From Eledone cirrhosa (lineage: Eukaryota), in assembly GCA_964016885.1 (NCBI GenBank), contig OZ024740.1, forward strand, positions 145,762,001 through 145,826,000: a DNA stretch of 64,000 nt, read 5' to 3'. Shown here in pieces: positions 1-10,811 of the stretch. The position numbers were made by a program, and so were the translations under genes. Under the pieces are notes generated by a model. It worked only from the letters and a program-made list of their open reading frames with translations. It had not been told where the DNA came from and did no database searches. Numbering within the stretch: position 1 is the first letter of the stretch; the number at the start of each line of letters is the position of its first letter.

Positions 1-1749
1 TGAAGGTCACAGAAAGAGTTATAACGCAACTAATCAGAGAGCGAATTGATCTAGATGAAATGCAGTTTGGGTTTGTGTCAGGTAAAAGTACCACAGACAC
101 TCTTTTCCTTGTACGACAATTACAGGAGAAGTACCTAGCTTAAAGTAAACCCCTTCTACTTAGCTTTTGTTGACTTGGAGAAAGCCTTTGACAGAGTCCC
201 CCCACTCCATTATCTGGTGGGCTCTTAGAAAACTAGGTGTAGATGAATGGCTTGTGAGAGCTATACAAAACATGTATAAAGAAACAGTCAGCAAGGTTAA
301 AATTAACAATGAATATAGTGAAGAATTTAGCATAAAAGTTGGTGTTCATCAAGGCTCTGTCCTTAGCCCCCTCCTATTTATTATTGCCCTTCAGTCTATA
401 ACAGAGGAGTTTAAGACTGGCTGCCCATCGGAACTCCTATATGCAGATGATCTAATGCTCATAGCTGAATCAATGGCTGAACTAGAGAAGAAATTCCAAA
501 CATGGAAGCATGGCGTAGAATCAAAAGGCCTTAAAGTTAACTTGTCTAAGACTAAAGTTCTAGTATGTAGAAAGGAAAATAGGGCACCAGTCCCATCTGG
601 GAAATGGCCATGCTCAGTGTGTAGGAAAGGAGTAAGTAGAAATTCCATTTTATGTCCCAAATGCAAACTATGGGTACATAAAAGATGTAGTGGGATCACA
701 GGTAAGCTATCTAACGTAGATTTTATATGTGGCCAATGCTCAGGTGCAATAAGTAGTAAGTGCCCACAGCATACTAGCTCCTTCTATTGCCCACTATTAA
801 AATAGGGGACACTTTCCGTTACGTGGGTGACAAAATCAGCAGTGGTGGAGGGTGCTCTGAAAGTACAGTAGCCAAAGTCAGAGAGCTTATACCGCTGTTA
901 GCCACAAAAGGTTTCTCACTAAAAATAAAAGGCAGATTGTATGATGCCTGCATATGAACAGCAATGTTACATGGCAGTGAGACCTGGGCACTGGGTGCAG
1001 AGGACCTGCGCAGACTGGAAAGGAACGAAGCATGCATGCTCCATTGGATGTGTAATAGTAATATACGTGACCGGCAAAACATAAATGAACTCAGTGAGAA
1101 ATTAGGAATATGAGGGATCAGATGCTGTTTACTTAAGAGAAGACTACATTGGTATGGTCATGTGATGCGCATGAAAGACGACAGCTGTATAAAAAAGTGC
1201 AGGGCGATCAAAATTGATGGAAATTACGGAGTAGGTAGACCCAGAAAAACCTGGGATGATTTGATAAATTCTGACCTTACACACTTGCACCTCTCTGGAC
1301 CGAGAACTTTGGCGCCACGCAGTAATGCAGAAGACCTGCCTTGCCTATGTACAAAGCGAAACCTGCAGTCAGTAGGCACCTCTTAACCAAATATACACCC
1401 CAAACCACTACCCCTACTCCACCCTACCACTCCGACCAACACCACCCTTTCTCTGTAAAGTTATGTTGGTACCACAACATCCAGTCCAAACTAATGAGGT
1501 TGTGTAGGTATCACGACAAAAAAACACACAGTCCACGCTGTAATGTGGCCGTGTAGGTAACACGGTAAAAACCTCCCAGTCCACACTGTAAATGTGGTTG
1601 ATGTTAGGAAGGGCATACAGCTGTAGAAAACCTGTCAGACAGTCCTATATGAGCAAGGCACACTCACCTGACCAATCTTGCCTCAAGTGGGACAATTCCC
1701 ATCTAACCCATGCTAGCATGGAAGATAGACGTTAAACGATGATGATGAT
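1..1749 (+). mobile_element. RTE-clade non-LTR retrotransposon (PHD-containing family), decayed 3' half, runs off window start
   Basis: RT motifs VHQGSVLSP and LLYADD plus a Cys/His finger in ORF 167..805; frameshifts and stops downstream; 3' UTR ends in CCATGCTAGCATGG and a (GAT)n tail. Confidence 0.93.
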
Positions 1750-1796
1750 ATATATATATATGTATATATATTTATATGTATATATATATATATGTA

Positions 1797-2032
1797 TAAA
1801 AGCACCCAGCCCACACTGTAAAGTGGACGTGCAGGCACCATGGAATAAGGCACCCAGCACTCACTGTAAATGAGGTTGGTGTACGGAAGGGCATCCAGCT
1901 GTAGAAATCATGCTAGAATCAGTTCCAGTATGAGCAAGACAAGGTCAGCCAACCGGACACTGCCCACAACAGGACAACCATTCTAACCCATGCTAGCGTG
2001 GAAGAACAAACGTAAAACGGTGATGATAATGA
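1797..2032 (+). repeat. 3' part of SINE/RTE-tail repeat
   Basis: CACACTGTAAAGTGG units, GGAAGGGCATCCAGCTGTAGAAA, CCATGCTAGCGTGG and GAT tail; matches the 3' half of the SINE at 49464-49900. Confidence 0.8.
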
Positions 2033-2046
2033 TATATATATATATA

Positions 2047-2705
2047 TCATCATCATCATCATCATCATCTTTTAACGTCCATCTTCCATGCTAGCATGGG
2101 TCTGGACGGGAATTGTCCCACTTGAGGCAAGATTGGTTGTCTTGCTCAGGACTGTCTGGCGGGTTTTCTATGGCTGGATGCCCTTCCTAACACCAACTAC
2201 GTTTACAGTGTGGACTGGGAGGTTTTTACCGTGTTACCTACACGGCCACATTACAGCGTGGACTGTGTGTTTTTTTGTCGTGACACCTACACGACCTCAT
2301 TTATTTAGGACTGGATGTTGTGGTACCAACATAGCTTTACAATCGAAAGGGGTGGTGTAGATAGCGGTAGGGGTAGTGGTATTGGGACGGGGGTGTATTT
2401 TGGTTAAGAGGTGCCTACTGACTGTAGTAGGTTTCACTTTGTACTTAGGCAAGGCGGGTCTTCTGTATTACTACGTAGCATCAAAGATCTTGGTCCAGTG
2501 AGATTGTCTTGGAGAGGTGTAAGTGTGTGAGGTCGGAATTTATCAAGTCGGCCCAGGTTTTTCTGGGTCTGCCTACTTCGTGGCTACCGCCTATTTTGAT
2601 TGCCCTGTACTTTTTTATACAGCTGTCATCTTTCATGCGCATCATGTGAACATACCAACGTAGTCTTCTTTCGAGTAAACAACATCTGATCCCTCTTATT
2701 CCTAA
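2047..2705 (-). mobile_element. RTE (PHD family) 5'-truncated copy
   Basis: C-terminal peptide GIRCCLLERRLRWY...GRPRKTW (ORF 2481..2726), 3' UTR and (CAT)n tail on + strand; flanked by (TA)n. Confidence 0.9.
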
Positions 2706-2929
2706 TATATATATATATACATACATACATATATATATTAGTTGAGGTACTTAGCTTCACCCAAGTAATCAGATGATAAGAGAAGACCGGTAGAAAAGAA
2801 AACAACTATATTGGATGCGTTGTCTGGTTTACAATATGAGGTGTGTGTGACATGGTGTGTGTGACAAAAAAAAAAAACAGTCACAAATCTTCCAGATATA
2901 CCAGATTCTTCATTTTACCATTCATACAC

Positions 2930-3600
2930 AGTACATGGAGATTTCTAGGTATCCCCATGTGAATAGCCTACATATAACTGTCCATGGGTAAAATCCCATT
3001 CTCTCAGATTCAATCCTACAACTTTGAAACTGATGCCGAACTTTATTTATGGTCATAGCAAAACTGGCTCTGACAGAGAACTGATGAAGTCTTGAGAATT
3101 TGAATGACGGCATGGTAGAGGAAGGGATAAGAGAAATCTTGGGAATAAATACATTTTTCCCTTAGATGCTTGCCTCCAAGAATAGTGACCTCTAGGAGAT
3201 GATTCATCATCCTTCTGACTGTTAAGTATGTGCCATTGCATGGACGTGGCTGGTCCAGGTTTCTTTCTCAAAAGGATGATGAGAGTTCCAATCTTTTATA
3301 TTATATATAGATATAGATGATTATGTTATATATAGATATAGATATAATATATATAGAGAGATATAGATAGTTATATATAAATATATAAATTCTTCAATAA
3401 CATGGTGGGTGCTCCTTCTTTAAGGTGAAGGACATGTGGAGGTATTCCTGATGGTTCTAAAGTGTTGAGAAACTCTGTCGGGTAATTGACAGCTTCCACC
3501 TGTTCCACCACAGTGACAACAGATCGATTGAGTTTCAAAACCTTTGGAATTTATTTTTAACAGCTCTTGATTTACTAATTTCACAGTCTCATTTTTCAGG
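2930..3600 (-). mobile_element. Helitron RepHel PIF1-like helicase fragments (decayed)
   Basis: Minus-strand peptides NYPTEFLNTLEPSGIPPHVLHLKEGAPTMLL (~3391-3490), QFSVRASFAMTINK and VVGLNLRE..FTHGQLYV (~2950-3090), typical of the PIF1 C-terminus; frameshifted and interrupted by a (TA)/(GATA) tract. Confidence 0.85.
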
Positions 3601-3884
3601 ACTTTTATAACTCTTTGAACTAATTATATTTTTTATGATACTGACAATTTTATCTCAGGCGTAACTTCCAACTACAAAAATGTGAAACTTTCAAATGGGG
3701 CTCCAACTAAACTCTCAGTCAATGTATGTCATTGTTTATTTTAATAGTCCACCAAGTCCATTTCTTTGGACAAAGGAATGTGATGAATAGAGGGATGTTG
3801 TGTTGAGAAGGATCCATCCAACCCATGTAAGCGTGGAAAAGCAGATGTAAAAATGATGAGTATGATGATATATACATATATATC

Positions 3885-4826
3885 ATCGTTTTTCGTTTTT
3901 ACGTCCACTTTTCCATGCTTGCATGGGTTAGACAGGTCCTTCTCAGCATGGCATCTCTCCACTTGTCACATTCCTTCATCATCTCCTCTGCCAGTCTTAG
4001 CAATTTGAGGTCTGCTCTCACAACCTGTGCCCAGATCTTTCTTGGTTGTCCTCTATTGCAGCTTCCTTTCACTGGGATTTCCTGGCATTTCACCCATCAG
4101 TCATTGTCTATACGCATTACACGCCCATACCAATGCAGTCTTCTCTCTTCCACACTATCTCAGATTCCTCTTAAGCCCAACTTCTCTCTCAGCTCGTCCA
4201 AGCTCTGCCTTTCTCTCACATTTACGTTGCACATCCAATGAAACACGGTTGCTTCATTTCTCTCCAGTCTACGCATGTCCTCTGCATCACAGTCCATGTT
4301 TCACTACCATGCAGTATCATGAACTGCACACAGGTGTCTTACAGCCTTCCTTTTGTACATAGGGAGAAACAATTTGTCCGCAGTGGGAGCAGTTCTCAAA
4401 ACTTCTTCCATCCTATCCTTATTCTAGCTATTATACTCTTGGCACACCCTCCTCTGCTGCTAATTACATCACCTAGATAGCAGAAGCTATCAACCACATC
4501 TATGGATCCTTCCTGTGACTGGAAAATGTTTATATCAAAAGCAGTCTTCCTCTCTATTTATTCTGTGCATCTTCTACAAGCAAAGTTCTCCGTTACTGTT
4601 AGTCTACTCTTTATCCCACTCTATCTTTTGTGTACCCAAAATTTACATTGTGTATGGAGTTTATGCCTGCTCCTTTTCTGCATATCGAACATGGCCACTT
4701 CCGTGAGTGGATCTGGGTCCTGTCTTCTCTCCTACTCACTAGCATCTTAGTTTTTGCTAAGTTTTTACACCCAGGCCTTTGATTCCAAATTTAGTTTCCA
4801 TAATAGGAATTTATTTTCTAGCTCTT
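3885..4826 (-). mobile_element. Older RTE (PHD-type) fragment
   Basis: C-terminal GQPRKIWAQVVRADL, remnants of the finger and of VDSFCYLG; same 3' tail; ends in (TA)n. Confidence 0.8.
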
Positions 4827-5129
4827 ATATATATATATAAAATAGTTGACTGAAGAAACATTGGGATAATTTGAAATTTTAAATGGGTGTATTTCAACAC
4901 AAATGACCATAGTGATGGTCAATCACTATAAGTGATAGTTGAGATAATTCGGTAAAATACTCCTGAAGATAGAAAAAAAAATTTTACAGAGGCACATGTA
5001 AGGAAATGAAAGTAGCATCTCTTGAATACTGGGCAAGTGCATTAGCCACTACAATAAAGAGCCACTGTCCACCAATTCCATCTTTTTAATAGACTTTAAA
5101 CCTGTAGCTAGAAATGTAAAGCAGTTGAT

Positions 5130-5365
5130 TTAACCCTTAAGCATTTACATTACTCTATATATATATATACTATTGTATTTTTTGTGTTAAAGACTTTATC
5201 TTACATAATCATCTCATATAATATCGAATCTACAAGATTTTGATGTTATTTATTTTAAGAGCAATACCTTAACGTCAGTATGAGTGACCATTTATGGCCG
5301 ATCAGAACAGAAAGAGGTGAGAGAATTCTGGCCCTATACAGCCAGTTTAAATGCTAAAGGGTTAA
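5130..5365. mobile_element. piggyBac-like MITE (TTAA|CCC...GGG|TTAA)
   Basis: TTAACCCTTAAGCATTTA ... TAAATGCTAAAGGGTTAA termini; inverted second copy at 30387-30598. Confidence 0.8.
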
Positions 5366-6302
5366 GAAGCATTGGGAAAATTCGAAATGTGTATGCCTAA
5401 CATAAATGTCTGTAACATGAATTGATAACTAATATAGTGGTTAACACACTTTTCTGATATCTAGGAGACGTATGGTTTTATCAATCTTAGGTACCTCTGT
5501 CCACTGTTTTTCACCTCCAGAGGTACTTTACCTGATTTTCTGAAATGTGATTTACAGTGATCAACTACTGTTATGGTCATTTCAATTGGGATAGGCACAT
5601 TTCAACGTCTTCTCCATTCTCTCAACTGGGACCACGGGGTGAATTAACCTTTAAATTAGAATGAAGTTGATTGTCAGTTTGTGTACATGAGGAAATATCA
5701 TTAGTGGATGTAAATATTTAGTTTATAGTTGCTGGAGGAAATGTGACTTCTTTTGCAAAAATATAATCCTACATATACATATATATATATCTTTTAAAAA
5801 AAGGTAAACACAGAGATACAAAACAATTAATGTTATTAGGTTCGTGTTTAAATGAAAGAAAAAAAAATTAGTTCAATATATCGGACTTTAGCTCTTCATG
5901 GGGAGAGTACAAGTGGACAGATAGAAAAAAAAATATTTTAGAAAAAAATATTTTGAAAATTACAAATGTTGTATATATACATATATATCAGCATTTAACA
6001 TCTACTTTTCCATGCTAGCATGAGTTAGATGGGTTGTCACCGCATTATGAAACAAGTCAGGTCTAGAGACCACACCATGGTCCACATATGGATATGTATT
6101 TTGGTTTGGTTTCTACTGTTGGATGCCCTTCCTAATGCCTACCATGTTATATATACCTGATGATTTCTTACAAAAGAAACAGTTCTAGTCCTGTAGAAGT
6201 CATTTCTATAATAAAATAAAGATGCTTATACTCTACTAACATATTGAGTACCTTTCTTAACTGAGGTTACCTCCCAATATACATCAAGAATTCACCTATT
6301 AT

Positions 6303-6772
6303 ATCATCATCATCATCATCATCACCGTTTTACATCCGTTCTTCCATGCTAGCATGGGTTAGACGGGTTGTCCTGTTGTGGGCAGTGTCTGGTCGGCTGA
6401 CCATGCCTTGCTCATACAGGAACTGATTTTGGCTTGATTTCTACAGCTGGATGCCCTTCCACACCAACCTCATTTACAGTGAGTGGTGGGTGCTTTTTCT
6501 GTGGCGCCTCCATGTCCACTTTACAGTGTGGGCTGGGTGCTTTTTTGCCGTGGCACCTCCACGGCCACCTTGCAGTGGGGGGGGGGGGGGGGGGGGGGCA
6601 TATTGTCTATATGCTTCAGCTTGTACCCATGGGAGGTCAGGTACTCTGTATTACTGCGTGACGCCAGAGGTCACGGTCGTGTGTCATCGCCTTTGAGAGA
6701 TGTAATTGGGTAAGGTCGGCTTTTATCACCTCATCCCAGGTCTTCTTGGGTCTCCCCACTCCGCGGTTTCCA
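6303..6772 (-). mobile_element. RTE 3'-end fragment with SINE-type tail
   Basis: GRPKKTWDEVIKADL at ~6715-6760, poly-G tract, shared tail and (CAT)n. Confidence 0.75.
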
Positions 6773-6777
6773 TTATA

Positions 6778-9700
6778 TCATCATCATCATCATCATCAAC
6801 GTTTAACGTCCGTGTTCCACGCTTGCATGGGTTTGGACGGGGGTAGTCTCACTTGAGGCAAGAGTGATTGTCTTGCTCGCATAGGACTGTCTGGCGGGTT
6901 TTCTACAGTTGGATGCCCTTCCTAACACCAACCACATTTACAGTGTGGGTCTGGGAGGTTTTTACCGTGTTGCCTACACGGCCACATTACAGCGTGGACT
7001 GTGTGTTTTTTTGTCGTGACACCTACACGATCTCATTTGTTTCGGCCTATGGCGCGGCACCAACATAACTTTACATAGAACGGGGTGGTGTGGATGGGGT
7101 GGGGTGGGGTGGGGGGTGGGGGGTATTTTGTTAGAGATGCCTACTGGTTGGAGTAGGTTTTACTATATATTTAGGTAAGGCGGGTCTTCTCTGTTACTGA
7201 GTACCGCCAAAGGTCTCGGTCCAGTGACATTGTCTTGGAGAGGTGTAAGTGTGTGATGTCGGAGTTTATCAGCTCGTCCCAGGTTTTTCTAGGTCTGCCT
7301 ATTCCGTGACTACCGTCTATCTTTATTGCCCTGCACTTTGTTATACAGCTATCGACTTTCATGCGCATCACGTGTCCATACCAACGTAGCCTTCTCTCGA
7401 GTAAACAACATCTGATCCCTCTTATCTCTAATTTTTTCCTTAGTTCGTTTATGCTTTGCCGTTCACGTATATTACTGTTACACATCCAGCGGAGCATGCA
7501 AGCTTCGTTCCTCTCTAGTCTGCGTATATCCTCTGCACACAATGCCCAGGTCTCACTGCCATGCAGCATTGCTGTTCGTATGCAGGCATCGTACAACCTG
7601 CCTTTCATTTTTAGGGAGAACCCTTTAGCAGCTAATAGTGGTATAAGCTCTCTGAACTTTTTCCAACCAGTTCTGACTCTAGCTATAGTACTTTCAGAGC
7701 ACCCTCCCCCACTGCTGATTTTATCGCCCAGGTAACGGAAGCTGTCCACTATTTCTATAGAACCCTCTGCGCAATTGAAAGAGCTAGTATTTTGTGGGCA
7801 CTTGCTGCTACTTATTGCACCAGAACACCGGCCACATGTAAAATCTATGTTCTTAGTTAGCTTACCTGTGATCCCACTACATCTTTTATGCACCCATACT
7901 TTGCATTTAGGACATAAAATGGAGTTTCTACCTACGCCTTTCCTACACACCGAGCACGACCATTTCCCAGAAGGGACCGCCGCCTTGTTTTCTTTCCTAC
8001 AAACTAGAACTTTGGTCTTAGCCAGGTTAATTTTAAGTCCTTTTGACTCTAGGCCGTGCTTCCATGTTTGGAATTTCTTCTCTAGCTCGGCCATTGATTC
8101 CGCTATGAGTGTCAGGTCGTCTGCGTATAGGAGTTCCCATGGGCAGCCTGTCTTGAACTCCTCTGTTATAGCCTGAAGGGCAATAATAAATAGTAGGGGG
8201 CTGAGAACAGAGCTCTGATGGATGCCAACTTTTACGCTAAACTCTTCACTATATTCGTTGTTAATTCTAACCTTGCTGACTGTTTCTTTATACATAGCTT
8301 GTATAGCCCTCACAAGCCATTCGTCAATGCCTAGTTTTCTAAGAGCCCACCAGATAATGGAGCGGGGGACTCTGTCGAAGGCTTTCTCCAAGTCGACAAA
8401 AGCTAAGTAGAGGGGTTTACCTTTAGCTAGGTACTTCTCCTGTAGTTGTCGTACTATGAAAAGAGCGTCTGTGGTACTTTTGCCTGACACAAACCCGAAC
8501 TGCATTTCATCTAGGTCGATTCTCTCTCTGATTAGTTGCGCTATTACTTTTTCCGTGACCTTCATGACCTGGTCGATTAATTTAATGCCTCTATAGTTAC
8601 TCCTATCTAGGGCGTCTCCTTTACCCTTATAACAGTTAACGATGATGCTGCTATGCCAGTCCTTCGGAACAACCCCATTCTGTACGACTTGGTTAACTAT
8701 GCGGGTGACCATGGTGTGTCCCACCGTGCCAGATGCCTTCAGCATCTCAGCAACTATTTCCGAAGGCCCAGCCGCCTTACCCGTCTTCATATCCTTGATT
8801 GCCTTACTTATTATACTCCCCTCGACTAACACTGCTGGTCCCTCTATTGGGTCGATATGGGGGAGACTGTCTTTCTCCCATTTATTCTCCTCATTTAGTA
8901 GCCTTTCATAGTGACACTTCCAAGCTACCTTCTTATCAGCGTCGGTGATGGCAAGTGTGCCATCGTCGTTTAGACAACATTTCTCCCCGACAATATCACG
9001 GTTTTCCTTGACGCATTGCCTAGCAATCCTGAACACCTCACGTTTTTGGTCATCGCGTAGTAGAACATGCTTGAACTTTCTTTCCTCAGCTTCCCTTCTT
9101 GCTAAGTACACTTGTCTCCTAGCTTCCCTCCTGGCCACTTGATAGTCTTCTCTACTTCCCCCATCCCGCCATACTTTCCAAGCCTGCTTTTTGGCCTTAA
9201 TTGACCCCTCCACCTTACTGTTCCACCACCATGTTACTCTCCTCCTGCCTACAGGCCTGCTCCAGCCACAGACTTCGTCTGTCGCCAACAGCAGGTTAGC
9301 TTTCAGAATTTCCCACTCTCCCTCTATATTGTCCGACTCTAAATGTTCTTCCTTACTGTCGAAAGCATCAAGTAATATGCTTTGAAATTTATTCCTGGCT
9401 GTGGGGTCCTTTAGCTTCCATATTTTTCTCCTGAGGATAGTCCTCTTCTGCTGTCGAGTACGTCTCGTCCTGACTATGTGGTCGCTAATTATCAGTCTAT
9501 GTTGGGAGGTGCATTCTTCATGGGGGAGGGATTTGGTGTTTACAACAGACACTCTGTCACGTCTTCTGGTAAGGATATAATCTACCTGGCTTGTGTGTTC
9601 CCCGGATCTATAGGTGATCAGGTGATTGTCACGTTTTTTGAAGTTAGTGTTACAGATAGTTAGGTTATTTGCATCACAGAATTCCAGGATTCTGGAGCCT

Positions 9701-9979
9701 TCCTCATTTCTAGTACCAAACCCATAGCCTCCATGGATTTCGTCGTAGCCATCACAATGTTGTCCAACGTGACCATTTAGGTCGCCTGCAATAATTATAT
9801 AGTCACTGTCGGATATTTGGGAGGTAGTTAGCATCAGTGTCTCATAGAATCTGTCTTTTATAGTGCCAGGCAGTCCGGATTGGGGTGCGTACGCAGATAT
9901 TACTGTCACCGTAGTTCTATTGAGGACAAGTCGTATTTTAATTATTCTGTCGTTCACTCTATTTACGTCTATTATCTTA
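6778..9979 (-). mobile_element. Young RTE-clade LINE, 5'-truncated, uninterrupted ORF
   Basis: Contains ORF 7171..9957, ~390-bp 3' UTR and (CAT)n tail; 5' end abuts (TA)n. Confidence 0.97.
7171..9957 (-). CDS. RTE ORF: APE endonuclease (N-truncated) + reverse transcriptase + PHD finger
   Basis: APE motifs SAYAPQ, AGDLNGHVG, QVDYIL, SQHR; RT motifs YRGIKL, QFGF, FVDLEKAFD, YADD, FRYLG; C4HC3 finger. The start is a GTG called by the ORF finder; the frame is open to the truncation point. Confidence 0.93.
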   Translation of the reverse strand: MNDRIIKIRLVLNRTTVTVISAYAPQSGLPGTIKDRFYETLMLTTSQISDSDYIIIAGDLNGHVGQHCDGYDEIHGGYGFGTRNEEGSRILEFCDANNLTICNTNFKKRDNHLITYRSGEHTSQVDYILTRRRDRVSVVNTKSLPHEECTSQHRLIISDHIVRTRRTRQQKRTILRRKIWKLKDPTARNKFQSILLDAFDSKEEHLESDNIEGEWEILKANLLLATDEVCGWSRPVGRRRVTWWWNSKVEGSIKAKKQAWKVWRDGGSREDYQVARREARRQVYLARREAEERKFKHVLLRDDQKREVFRIARQCVKENRDIVGEKCCLNDDGTLAITDADKKVAWKCHYERLLNEENKWEKDSLPHIDPIEGPAVLVEGSIISKAIKDMKTGKAAGPSEIVAEMLKASGTVGHTMVTRIVNQVVQNGVVPKDWHSSIIVNCYKGKGDALDRSNYRGIKLIDQVMKVTEKVIAQLIRERIDLDEMQFGFVSGKSTTDALFIVRQLQEKYLAKGKPLYLAFVDLEKAFDRVPRSIIWWALRKLGIDEWLVRAIQAMYKETVSKVRINNEYSEEFSVKVGIHQSSVLSPLLFIIALQAITEEFKTGCPWELLYADDLTLIAESMAELEKKFQTWKHGLESKGLKINLAKTKVLVCRKENKAAVPSGKWSCSVCRKGVGRNSILCPKCKVWVHKRCSGITGKLTKNIDFTCGRCSGAISSSKCPQNTSSFNCAEGSIEIVDSFRYLGDKISSGGGCSESTIARVRTGWKKFRELIPLLAAKGFSLKMKGRLYDACIRTAMLHGSETWALCAEDIRRLERNEACMLRWMCNSNIRERQSINELRKKLEIRGIRCCLLERRLRWYGHVMRMKVDSCITKCRAIKIDGSHGIGRPRKTWDELINSDITHLHLSKTMSLDRDLWRYSVTEKTRLT

Positions 9980-10584
9980 ATATATATATATAAGTGAACC
10001 CTTGGTTTTATTATTTATCATTAATACAATATTTTGGGCTAATTTACCCTATGAATTGCTTCATTCAATTTGTGGATTATAGAAATGCATTGAGCTTTAA
10101 ATCTTCTTGGCATATCTCAGCCAAGATTGATCCCTCAATTTATTACTTGTTTATATATATATCATCATCCTCATCATCATCACCATTTAACGTCCATTTT
10201 TCCACGCTGTTGGGAGAAATGTTAGGTCAGGTGACCATGTTTTGCTTCTACAGAACTGATTTTGGCTTGGTTTCTACAGCTGGATGCCCTTCCTAATGTC
10301 AACCACATTTACAGTGACTACTGGGTGCTTTTTATTGTGTTGGAGTTTAATGTATATACCTTTATGTTTGTATATATGCATATGTGTTATGTATGTGAAT
10401 GTATATATATCTATATACTACTAAAAATCTGTGATTGTATGCTTGTCTGTAATGTAATACAGCCAAAACGGCACATAATGAGAAAATACTTTAAAAGGAA
10501 GTTGCCTCTGAAATGCACGAGTTCCCGAGATACGGGGTTTTCCCGGGTACCTTCATGAATAGCCAACAGCTCCGTGATAACCAA

Positions 10585-10705
10585 TAACCCTCTCTATATA
10601 TATTATAACCCCCTCTCTTTCCATGTATCATAACCCTCTCTCTATATATATATTATAACCCTCTCTCTCTTTCTATATATATATAACCCTCTCTCTATAT
10701 ATATA
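10585..10705. repeat. Minisatellite, ~5 units of TAACCC(TC)n(TA)n
   Basis: Directly visible tandem units; adjoined by a Helitron-like end (CTAG and hairpin CGTGACC-CATT-GGTCACG at ~10708-10737). Confidence 0.7.
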
Positions 10706-10811
10706 TTACTAGACTACTCGTGACCCATTGGTCACGATATATATATATATATATATACATTTATGTATCTGTTCAGCAAGATTCTTGATGTGAAATTGTG
10801 TGTTGAAACTG

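Noticed and set aside
7361-9663. Series of + strand ORFs over the LINE (also 55538..57750 and 3915..4750)
   Set aside because: Antisense shadows of RTE coding sequence with no independent protein signature
7171-9957. RT as a retron, DGR or group II intron system
   Set aside because: APE endonuclease, RTE-type C-terminus, microsatellite tail and 5' truncation identify a non-LTR retrotransposon
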